A stretch of 59,375 bases of DNA, taken from IMG/VR virus record IMGVR_UViG_3300029848_000008. The stretch is one strand, 5' to 3'. The stretch comes from a virus. Shown piece after piece: positions 17,881-25,468 of this stretch. How positions within the stretch are numbered: the stretch's first letter is position 1; the number at the start of each line of letters is the position of its first letter. Below the pieces are notes generated by a model. It ran no database searches. It saw only the letters and a list, made by a program, of their open reading frames with translations, and was not told the DNA's origin. The translations under genes were made by a program, and so were the position numbers.

Positions 17881-18159
17881 TCAGGTATGTTTCACCCGGT
17901 CATGCTCCTCGGCGCGCTTGGCATTGTTCCAGCGGCTCAGGCTTCCCACCAGGTATCCTGTAATACGGCGCAGCCGGTTGAAGGGAATCGCTTCATCCGT
18001 GTCGTAGTGGATGCTCACATACTCCCCGTCAATTTCCAGCTCCATTTTGAGCAGATGGTGGCCGTACTTTTCTCTTCCTCTGGCCACATAGGCCAGCAGT
18101 TCTTCCTCCGGTATCTCCTCCGATACCTGAATCTGGATCCCGTCAATGGTTCTCTGCAT
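17881..18159 (-). CDS. Small protein ending in an NrdD-type glycyl-radical loop
   Basis: C-terminus FNRLRRITGYLVGSLSRWNNAKRAEEHDRVKH resembles the class III RNR C-terminal R-I-T/C-G-Y-L...W-N-x-G/A-K-x-x-E...R-V-K-H signature. No Zn-ribbon cysteines. GAGG RBS before the ATG at 18159. Confidence 0.4.
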   Translation of the reverse strand: MQRTIDGIQIQVSEEIPEEELLAYVARGREKYGHHLLKMELEIDGEYVSIHYDTDEAIPFNRLRRITGYLVGSLSRWNNAKRAEEHDRVKHT

Positions 18160-18169
18160 GGTTTTCGCC

Positions 18170-18511
18170 TCAGCGTTCAATCAGAAAATTGGTCAGCTCG
18201 TCCTGGGCCTTTCGCAGCTTGTCTACGCTGTTGCCGTTGATTTCGTGGCTTAGCAGCGCCAGCATGCCCCGGCACACCATGTGCTGTCCGCTTTCGATGT
18301 CGTTCAGGCGGTTGTTGTCCTCCTGCAGTTTGTCCTCGCAGCTTTTCAGCCGGGACTGGGTCTTGTCACGCTGTTGGTCCACTGGTTTTATCCATCCTTG
18401 TATGGTTTGTAGGGTCTTTCCCACCAGGTTGATAACCTCGAAGATTACAAGCACCACAATCAGCGCCGTCAGAAGGTCCGCACCCGTCAGCCCGGTTATT
18501 TGTCCAAGCAT
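18170..18511 (-). CDS. Membrane-anchored coiled-coil protein (lysis accessory / holin-like)
   Basis: GGAGGG RBS. N-terminal TM LLTALIVVLVIFEVINLV followed by a coiled coil. Sits between the endolysin and the holin. Confidence 0.45.
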   Translation of the reverse strand: MLGQITGLTGADLLTALIVVLVIFEVINLVGKTLQTIQGWIKPVDQQRDKTQSRLKSCEDKLQEDNNRLNDIESGQHMVCRGMLALLSHEINGNSVDKLRKAQDELTNFLIER

Positions 18512-18525
18512 GGCTCTTCCCTCCA

Positions 18526-19296
18526 TTACTGTGCCGCTTCGGTGTACTGCTTGCTGATCCAGCGGTATTTCCCCTGGAAGTAAATGCGGTAAAAGCCGTT
18601 CTTCTCGCCCTCTACCCGGTACTGCTCGCCGGGATAGGCGTAGAAGCCCTTCTTGTGTACGGCGTTCAGGGAGGCTCCCTCCCGTACCCGTACCGGCCCG
18701 CCGTTGGGCGATACCACCCGGATCGTCTGGGCGGTCTCCGCGGAAGGGGTCGGCTCCTCGCTGGAGGAAGGCTCGTCCAGAATGTCCTGGGCGTCCTGTC
18801 CCAGCTCCACGCCGCTATTTATGGTGCCATAGTCCACCTCCTGAAGGTACAGCACATGGGTCCAGCCGTTTTTCAGCGTGGAGCCCGCTACCTTTCCCTT
18901 CTTCTTGGAGGAATGGACCACCTCATAGCTGTGCCGGGTGCCCAGCAGCCCCTTCTCAGTAAAGCCCTTGTCGCCTACATAAATGCCGATGTGGTTAAAG
19001 TCGCCCAGCCCATCCCCGCGGTATTTGGCGGGCAGCTGGTCGCTTTCTTCCTTCCAGATCAGCAGAAATGCCCCGGGTACCAGCTTTCCGGCGGCCTTAG
19101 CATTGTCCAGAGTACCCAGCCATGCGCAGTGATTGCGCACCATATCATTGGTACCGGAGGTGCGAATGCTGCCTCCGCACAGGTTGATGCATTTTTCTAC
19201 AAAGCCCTTGCAGTCTTCCTCACTGTAGGGAATCGTGGAGCCGCTGGCCCGTATAATGGCCATGTCGGCTACGGTTCTGGCCGTTGGTCTTGTCAT
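18526..19296 (-). CDS. Endolysin: NlpC/P60 peptidase + C-terminal SH3b
   Basis: Start at MTRPTARTV. Cys/His motifs CKGFVEKC, FNHIGIYVGD, VVHSS. SH3b-like VRVREGASLNAV...YRVEGEKNGFYRIYFQGKYRWI. Confidence 0.8.
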   Translation of the reverse strand: MTRPTARTVADMAIIRASGSTIPYSEEDCKGFVEKCINLCGGSIRTSGTNDMVRNHCAWLGTLDNAKAAGKLVPGAFLLIWKEESDQLPAKYRGDGLGDFNHIGIYVGDKGFTEKGLLGTRHSYEVVHSSKKKGKVAGSTLKNGWTHVLYLQEVDYGTINSGVELGQDAQDILDEPSSSEEPTPSAETAQTIRVVSPNGGPVRVREGASLNAVHKKGFYAYPGEQYRVEGEKNGFYRIYFQGKYRWISKQYTEAAQ

Positions 19297-19301
19297 ACTT
19301 T

Positions 19302-19844
19302 TTACCCCCTTGTCCTCAGTCGTTGCCTCCTGGCAGCGTTCAGCGCCCGGTTTTCCTGCAGAATGGCCCGCTGGCTTTTTTTGCGCGCAGGCTGGTTCTT
19401 CAGGTTGCATACCCGGATAAGTGCAAGCAGACGGTTCAGGTGCCATTTTTCGCATTCAAAGGGAATACTCAGTGTCACCATCCAGTAGTAAATCAGCTCT
19501 GCCGTTGTTTTCTCGCCATTTCGGTTCCCGTGCTGCTCCGCCGAAAAGGTGGTGGCTGTCATCGGCCTGCTGATGTACTGTTCAATTTCCGCCATGTTGC
19601 CTGTCGTCAGCCGGCTGTAGGTTTCAGGGCTTACATTCTGGGTGATAGTCATGCAGCGCACGTAGTCCAGCATTTCATCGCCGGTCTTCGGCTTCTGGTC
19701 CAGAAAGGGCTTTTGCCATTTTGATTCCCATTTGGCGAGGGAAACCAGGGAGTGCTCCAACATCAGTTCCCGCTCGCCTGTCTGAACGAATTCCTGCTTG
19801 CGCTCGTCCCACATTTCTGTCGGCGCGATTTTCAGTCGAAGCAT
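19302..19844 (-). CDS. Gp15-family tail protein (second tail assembly chaperone position)
   Basis: LEHSLVSLAKWESKWQKPFL resembles the bacteriophage Gp15 family found between the major tail protein and the TMP. Confidence 0.5.
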   Translation of the reverse strand: MLRLKIAPTEMWDERKQEFVQTGERELMLEHSLVSLAKWESKWQKPFLDQKPKTGDEMLDYVRCMTITQNVSPETYSRLTTGNMAEIEQYISRPMTATTFSAEQHGNRNGEKTTAELIYYWMVTLSIPFECEKWHLNRLLALIRVCNLKNQPARKKSQRAILQENRALNAARRQRLRTRG

Positions 19845-19864
19845 GCTCCCATCCCTCTAGGCCG

Positions 19865-20260
19865 TCAGGCGGCAGGACCCTGCTCTGCCATCTTCTTCAC
19901 CAGATCGGCGGGGAAGATGCCGTTCACAAAGGCGGCGGCAGCCTCCGCGTCGGTCGCCAGCTCCATAAAAATTTCGCTGTACGCTTCCGTCTGGGAAAAC
20001 AGCGTCGCCTTTTCGGGGGACTTAACAAAATGCTTGCCGTCCGGGCTCTTTTCACCATACGCCTTCAGCACCAGATCCTTGAAAATCTTGATGATGTTGG
20101 GACCGTCTTGGCTCTGGGCCACTCGCTGGATCATCTCTGCCAGCCCTCCCGCGGTGCTCATTTCCATTTCAGCCACTTCGGCCATGGAAAGGTTGAAGTA
20201 GAAGTCCTCGGTCCGGGTCATGCCATTATAGTCGGTATAGGTAATAGTCTTTTTCAGCAT
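19865..20260 (-). CDS. Tail assembly chaperone
   Basis: N-terminus ITYTDYNGMTRTEDFYFNLSMAEVAEMEM is typical of siphovirus TAC proteins. Directly follows the major tail gene. Confidence 0.55.
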   Translation of the reverse strand: MLKKTITYTDYNGMTRTEDFYFNLSMAEVAEMEMSTAGGLAEMIQRVAQSQDGPNIIKIFKDLVLKAYGEKSPDGKHFVKSPEKATLFSQTEAYSEIFMELATDAEAAAAFVNGIFPADLVKKMAEQGPAA

Positions 20261-20342
20261 AAGGTTTCTCCTTTCATCTTCTCGAACAGAAAAAGGGGCG
20301 CCGCGCGTTCAAACGGCGCCCCGGTTAATGTTGGGTGAAATA

Positions 20343-21017
20343 TCAGTTCGCCAGCAGAGTTACCAGCTCACTGGGAAGAGGCAGCTTCGGGTCGCTGGCG
20401 GCGGGGGTTCCCTCCGCACCGGCGTCCGTACCGTACAGCAGGGCTTCCAACTTCGCCAGCTTTTCCGGGGTCAGCTTGTTGGAGTTGATCGCAATGTGGG
20501 CGGTGGGCTTGTGACCGGCCACGTCCACAGGCGTGCAGCTCAGCTCCCAACTAAGGGTGATGGCCTCGGGGCTGTCGTTGATGGTGGAGTAGCTGCGCTC
20601 GCTGGGCTTGGCCCGGCAGCCGTATACCAGATGGATGATATAGCCATGGTCGAAGCCATCGGTGTCATTGCCGATTTTGGTCTGGTAGCTAAGTCCAAAC
20701 ATCTGGCGGTTCTGCTGGCCGAAGGTTACACCAGGTTCCAGCTCGGCGGAGCCATCACAGGCCTCAAACTCCTCCGGATAGGTGTACGCCTCCACCGTCA
20801 GACCGAATTTCTCCAGGCTCATCATATTGGCATATTCCTGATCGTCCGCATACAGGGTGGTGATTTCGCCGCCGGAGGGGCTCTGGTTGATGGCGGTCAG
20901 TCCGTTCCACGCCACGCCCTTCTGGTAGGCATTTTCGGAGTAGGGGTACAGTACGCCCTTCTCTACACCGTTTTCATACAGCTTTTCGCCGGTTCCATCC
21001 CACTGCAGTTTACTCAT
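20343..21017 (-). CDS. Major tail (tube) protein
   Basis: N-terminus QWDGTGEKLYENGVEKGVLYP is typical of major tail proteins; position is consistent. Confidence 0.7.
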   Translation of the reverse strand: MSKLQWDGTGEKLYENGVEKGVLYPYSENAYQKGVAWNGLTAINQSPSGGEITTLYADDQEYANMMSLEKFGLTVEAYTYPEEFEACDGSAELEPGVTFGQQNRQMFGLSYQTKIGNDTDGFDHGYIIHLVYGCRAKPSERSYSTINDSPEAITLSWELSCTPVDVAGHKPTAHIAINSNKLTPEKLAKLEALLYGTDAGAEGTPAASDPKLPLPSELVTLLAN

Positions 21018-21032
21018 AGGGAAATCCTCCTT

Positions 21033-21338
21033 TTAATAGTAAAGTAAAAAAACATCGTGATTGAGCCGGTCCGCTGCATAGTGCCGGATGAACCGGCATT
21101 GGGGAAGCTGTGCCACAGCCTCCACTACCTTGCTATCGGGGTCCTCGTCTATCACGATGATTTCGTAGGCTGCTGTCAGCCCGTAGGGAAGATTGTCCGC
21201 CGGTGTCTTCATTATGTCTTCCCGGGCATAACGAATGGCGGGATACTTCATCCGGGTGGTTCCGGGCGGCTGGAAGTATACGTTCCGGCTGCCCAGAAGC
21301 CCGCACAGAAGTTCATGCAGTTCAAGCCGGGGCCGCAT
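21033..21338 (-). CDS. Head-tail connector/tail completion candidate
   Basis: 101-aa ORF (NVYFQPPGTTRMKYPAIRY) between the capsid and tube genes. Mostly positional. Confidence 0.4.
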   Translation of the reverse strand: MRPRLELHELLCGLLGSRNVYFQPPGTTRMKYPAIRYAREDIMKTPADNLPYGLTAAYEIIVIDEDPDSKVVEAVAQLPQCRFIRHYAADRLNHDVFLLYY

Positions 21339-21645
21339 TATACACCCCTCCCAATGTCAGCACCAGCCGGGGGTACTGCACCTCCACACTGGATACCTCC
21401 CATCTTGTTCCCATGAAGCACGCATAGCGAATCATGTGAAAGTTCTCTCTGGCATAGGGGTCGGCCACCAGACTGATTTCATTAGTCACAGTCAGGCTCT
21501 GGTTCACCTGGTCGGTGCTGGTCAGTCTGCGGGTATTCCGGTTCAACTCGCCGAAATACTCCCGCTCTTCCACATGCTCCTTCCAGTAGCCGGGCCGTTC
21601 CTCCACTTCCTGTCCGAAGCCGATCATCCCATGAAACTTTGCCAT
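21322..21645 (-). CDS. Head closure/adaptor candidate
   Basis: 107-aa ORF. HMIRYACFMGTRWEVSSVEV resembles the head-tail joining family. Mostly positional. Confidence 0.4.
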   Translation of the reverse strand: MAKFHGMIGFGQEVEERPGYWKEHVEEREYFGELNRNTRRLTSTDQVNQSLTVTNEISLVADPYARENFHMIRYACFMGTRWEVSSVEVQYPRLVLTLGGVYNAAPA

Positions 21646-21662
21646 TTTGAATCTCTCCGCGT

Positions 21663-21956
21663 TTAGTCCTTCACAGCGGTCAGCGCACCCATCACAGCCG
21701 TGGTGGCGGTGGCAGTGTCGGCTTTCACATAAGCCACCGAGCCGGCACCGGCGGAAGCCACCGTAAAGTTCAGCGGCTGGTACAGTGCCTCGCCGATACG
21801 GATCACGCCGCCCTTCAGGAAGATTTCCTTCATCTGACTGACGGTCATCTTCTGGGTGCAGTCAGCGTCCACATAGGCCGCGGTGTCGCTGGCCTTTCCG
21901 TAGATGTAAGTGGCACGAACATGCAGGTCTTTCGCCTGTTCAAAAATGCGATCCAT
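21663..21956 (-). CDS. Hypothetical head-associated protein
   Basis: 97-aa ORF directly after the capsid gene. Confidence 0.4.
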   Translation of the reverse strand: MDRIFEQAKDLHVRATYIYGKASDTAAYVDADCTQKMTVSQMKEIFLKGGVIRIGEALYQPLNFTVASAGAGSVAYVKADTATATTAVMGALTAVKD

Positions 21957-21975
21957 CTTTTTGTCCTCCTATTCC

Positions 21976-23748
21976 TCAGGCAGCGGTGCTCTCCACCACG
22001 ATGGCGGAGAAGGGCTTGGTCAGCGCGCCGGAGCAGCGGGTCTCAATCAGATACTTCATCTGGTTGTAGTCAATGTCGAAATCGTCGAAGGCATTGACAG
22101 CGCCGCCCTTGTCCGCACCGATGGTGTAGTCGGCCAGGTTCACCACGATGCCCTGCAGGGTCTTGGTGGTGCCATTGTCGTTCCGGGTCAGGTTCTCCAT
22201 CACGGGCACGGTCACAATTTTCTTCACCCGCAGCGCGGTGCGCAGCTGATCCTCGCCGGTGTAGATCAGGCGGCCGGTGGTGTCCTCCAGCAGCAGGCAG
22301 TTGGTCAGCATGTCCTCCGTGGTGAACAGGGTGGGATTGCCGGAACCCTTGTAATCCTTGCGGCTCTTGATGATTTCACGGATGAAGGCCTTGGCCTTGG
22401 TGTCATCCGTGGCACCAGCGGCAAAGCTGATGGTGCGCTTGACGGCGAATAGCTCGTTTTCCGTCCAGATAGGGCGGATGCAGTTCTCGTCGATCTTATC
22501 GTCGGAGCTGGAAAGACGGCCGTCGCCGATCAGCGCCGCGCGGGCGATTTCCTCGTTCAGCATCACGCGCATTTCAGCACGGATCCAGCCCACCACGTCA
22601 AAGTCGGTAATATCCACCACGTCGTCCCGGTCCAGCTTCTGCTTCTTGTAGATGGTGGTGGGGGCGGTGGTGCGCTTCAGTAGGCTGAAGACCTCTTCCT
22701 TCTTCAGGTTGCCCTTCATGTAGCCCAGCGCACGGGCTTCGTCCTCCCGCAGGTCGGCGAACACGGACTTGATCCGGGAGAAGGGGGAGCGATGCACGCC
22801 GTTCATCACGTCGTCCACCCAGCCGGCATCCCGCTTGATGAATTCGGGGGTGTTGGTCAGCGCCTTGGGTTCGGGGAACAGCGTGCCGATGTTCTCAATG
22901 CCGTAGTCCTGGGCATGGGCCAGCACGCTTTCCTTCAGGCTGCCCAGACGCTTGCCGTCCTTGAAAATAACCTCCATGTCGCTGTGGCTCAGCACCTGGC
23001 CACGGGCTTCTTCTTCCTGGTCAAACACGTTGTGCTTCACAATGGTGTCCTCCTCGTCGTCTTTATTGTTCTGGTCTTCCTCGTTCTGGTTGTCTTCGTC
23101 GCCGGCGCTTTCATCCAACGCCAGGGCAATCACGCTGTAGACGGCAGTTTTCTGCTCTTCATTCAGCGTGTCGAAAACCTCGCCGACGGTCTTGTCCTCG
23201 GACTTCTTTTCCTTTTCCTTGTCCTTGTCCTGATCGTCGGCCATCGGCTTGTCCTCCTGTTTCTTTTCCGGCTCGTCGGCATGGTACAGTTCGATTCCCT
23301 CGCCGGTATAAATAAACCCGGAGTCCTCCAGCACCGTTTCCGTGCCGTCGCTGTGACGGATGACGGAATCAATGGAGGCTCCGGGGTTTGCGCCGGCCAG
23401 CACCAGACTGACCTCACGAATCATGCCGTGCACCACGTCGCTGCCGTGCTGCTTCAGCTGGTTCGCGTAGATGGAAAGGCCGACGACGTCGCCGTTGTCC
23501 ACCAGATTCTTGGCCGTCATCCCGGCTTCCGTTTTGTTGAAAACGCCGTAGGCATACACGCCCTCCGGCTTATTCACCAGCAGGGCATGGCCCAGCACGT
23601 CTTCGGGGCTGTCATGCTGATGGTTCCAGATCAGGGGCACCGTTTTGCCGTCGTTCTCCTTGAAGGCGTCCCGCCGAATGGTCCGCCCATCGGAGCAGCG
23701 AAGGTCGTTTTTGGTCGCCCAACCGCTGAAGTCATATCTACCTTCCAT
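21976..23748 (-). CDS. Prohead protease (HK97/S78 type) fused to an HK97-fold major capsid protein
   Basis: N-terminus GWATKNDLRCSDGRTIRRDAF...PLIWNHQHD...REVSLVLAGANPGA (protease), an acidic D/E/K linker, then a ~330-aa capsid-like C-terminus. Confidence 0.8.
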   Translation of the reverse strand: MEGRYDFSGWATKNDLRCSDGRTIRRDAFKENDGKTVPLIWNHQHDSPEDVLGHALLVNKPEGVYAYGVFNKTEAGMTAKNLVDNGDVVGLSIYANQLKQHGSDVVHGMIREVSLVLAGANPGASIDSVIRHSDGTETVLEDSGFIYTGEGIELYHADEPEKKQEDKPMADDQDKDKEKEKKSEDKTVGEVFDTLNEEQKTAVYSVIALALDESAGDEDNQNEEDQNNKDDEEDTIVKHNVFDQEEEARGQVLSHSDMEVIFKDGKRLGSLKESVLAHAQDYGIENIGTLFPEPKALTNTPEFIKRDAGWVDDVMNGVHRSPFSRIKSVFADLREDEARALGYMKGNLKKEEVFSLLKRTTAPTTIYKKQKLDRDDVVDITDFDVVGWIRAEMRVMLNEEIARAALIGDGRLSSSDDKIDENCIRPIWTENELFAVKRTISFAAGATDDTKAKAFIREIIKSRKDYKGSGNPTLFTTEDMLTNCLLLEDTTGRLIYTGEDQLRTALRVKKIVTVPVMENLTRNDNGTTKTLQGIVVNLADYTIGADKGGAVNAFDDFDIDYNQMKYLIETRCSGALTKPFSAIVVESTAA

Positions 23749-25021
23749 TTTGAGTTTCCTCCTTCAGGTCTTCCACGAGTCCGACATCATCCTTTCCCGT
23801 TTCTTGTGGGAGCGCCGCCTGCGTATCTCCGCCTTCCGATACCTTCAGGTTGCTGTTGCGCAGCTCGTCGGCTTTCGGGTCGTCGGACGGCTTCATGCCG
23901 ATAATCTGGCGGATCTCATTGCTGGTTACAATTTCATTGCGGGTAAACTTGTCCGCAATTTCCGCCAGCTGGTTCACCGGCACCAGCTTGAATGGATCCC
24001 GGAAATACGAAATGGTCTGCAGCTGCGAGCGGGCCGTTTGGGTCAGAAACTTACGCTTGAACTCGTCCACGAAGGCCGAAAGCATCGGCTCAATCGTCCG
24101 GTCGTAATAGTTCAGCATGGTTTCCTCGTTGGCTGTTCCATCCAGCACGCTCTGACTGATTCCCAACTGGCTGTACAGCATGCTCGTCAGGTATTCAATC
24201 TGAGACATCAGGTTGTTGCCAACGGACCGGTTCAGCTGTGTAATCCGTTCCGTTCCGTCGGTATACGCAATACCGTACTTGGATCCGGAAAGCTGCTCCT
24301 CAATGTCCCGGCGGCGCTTTTCCGCCTGATCCCGCCGGGCGTCGGTTTTGATGATGTAGGGCAGCTGAATAATCAGATCCAGCTTGCCCGAACTCGATTG
24401 TTCATCCACCAGGTCCAGAAGGTTCAGCTTCCGGATCAGCCGCTGCATGGTGGAGTTGGGTTCGTTGATGATGGCGTACAGCGGGTTTTCGATAATCGCC
24501 ACCATGTTTTTGGGCCGAATGATTTCTTCCTTCCGGCCGGTCTGCTCATTGTAGAGCTGCACCCGCACGGCGTTGGGAAACCATTCGGTGATTTTGCCTG
24601 TCCGCAGGGAAGAGATGGAGTAGAAGTTCCCTTCCCTCAGGCTGGACGTATACATGGTCGGCACCACTGCCACCACGCCTTCATCCAGCACGGACATCAC
24701 CATGTCCTGGTAAAAGGCGCGGGAGGTCTGATCCAGGTTGGCCTCCACCGTCAGGCAGTGGTTAAGGCTCGATTCCATCTCGTACAGAAAGCGGCCATTC
24801 TGGTCCTGCCGCACATGCCGTACGCCGATGGCCGCTACGTCCATAGCGATCCGGTTGTACACGGAGGTAACCACGGATCGCTCATTGCCCCGGGAAAGCC
24901 GCACCCGGTCCGGCCGGGACGAGGAACCGCCGCCCAGCACCTGATAGCTCATTCCGGTGGGGTCCCGGTTCATAAAAACATTCCAGGCGTGTTTCAGCCT
25001 GGAACCAAGGGATTGATCCAT
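23738..25021 (-). CDS. Portal protein
   Basis: 427 aa. Start at MDQSLGS behind an AAGGAGA RBS. Lies between TerL and the protease. Called by size and position. Confidence 0.65.
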   Translation of the reverse strand: MDQSLGSRLKHAWNVFMNRDPTGMSYQVLGGGSSSRPDRVRLSRGNERSVVTSVYNRIAMDVAAIGVRHVRQDQNGRFLYEMESSLNHCLTVEANLDQTSRAFYQDMVMSVLDEGVVAVVPTMYTSSLREGNFYSISSLRTGKITEWFPNAVRVQLYNEQTGRKEEIIRPKNMVAIIENPLYAIINEPNSTMQRLIRKLNLLDLVDEQSSSGKLDLIIQLPYIIKTDARRDQAEKRRRDIEEQLSGSKYGIAYTDGTERITQLNRSVGNNLMSQIEYLTSMLYSQLGISQSVLDGTANEETMLNYYDRTIEPMLSAFVDEFKRKFLTQTARSQLQTISYFRDPFKLVPVNQLAEIADKFTRNEIVTSNEIRQIIGMKPSDDPKADELRNSNLKVSEGGDTQAALPQETGKDDVGLVEDLKEETQNGR

Positions 25022-25027
25022 ATGCAG

Positions 25028-25056
25028 TTGTCTCCTTGTCAAAAATGTGGTATCAT
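25028..25056 (+). promoter_or_regulatory. Sigma70-like promoter for the plus-strand moron
   Basis: TTGTCT (25028-33), 17-nt spacer, TG-n-TATCAT (25048-56). GGGAGGG RBS at 25070. Confidence 0.55.
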
Positions 25057-25083
25057 TTAGCTGCTGAAAGGGAGGGTATACAA

Positions 25084-25443
25084 ATGAAAAACGATGTCCA
25101 TCAAAAAATTACCGCCTTCATGAAAAACATCAAGAGTAAAAATGCTGCCGAAATCAGCCAGTTCTTTACTGAACTGGGCGACGGTGAAATGAAGGTTGGG
25201 GTTGAGAGATTGAAAGATTACGTCCCGAAACTGACCCAGTGGAAGAATTATGCAATAGGCGGAGCAGCAATGGGGGCTGTATGGTTCTTTTCCGATCTCA
25301 TTAAACAGATTCACCAACAAAATAAAGAAAGCGATGAGCAGGCACAGAAAATCCTGACTGCTCTGGAATCAGCTATGACCCCCGAAGAGATTGCCGCCGC
25401 TGAATCAGACGAAGCTCCTGATTCTACGGACGAAAATCTGTAA
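25084..25443 (+). CDS. Plus-strand moron: small single-TM membrane protein
   Basis: 119 aa from MKNDVHQ. TM segment NYAIGGAAMGAVWFFSDLI and an acidic tail. AT-rich, and opposite in strand to all neighbours. Confidence 0.6.
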   Translation: MKNDVHQKITAFMKNIKSKNAAEISQFFTELGDGEMKVGVERLKDYVPKLTQWKNYAIGGAAMGAVWFFSDLIKQIHQQNKESDEQAQKILTALESAMTPEEIAAAESDEAPDSTDENL

Positions 25444-25468
25444 CCCGTTTCGGTTCGTTTGACGCTCA

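Noticed and set aside
18526-19455. 309-aa version of the endolysin ORF
   Set aside because: The first 53 codons overlap the Gp15-like gene and are P/A/G-rich. MTRPTARTV at 19296 directly follows that gene's stop and has an RBS.
19845-19900. Possible canonical -1 programmed frameshift joining the tail chaperone (19865..20260) to the Gp15-like ORF (19302..19844)
   Set aside because: The downstream ORF is in the -1 frame. However, that frame has a TAG at 19859..19857, between the chaperone stop and the Gp15-like ATG. A shifted ribosome would therefore terminate. The Gp15-like gene also has its own start.
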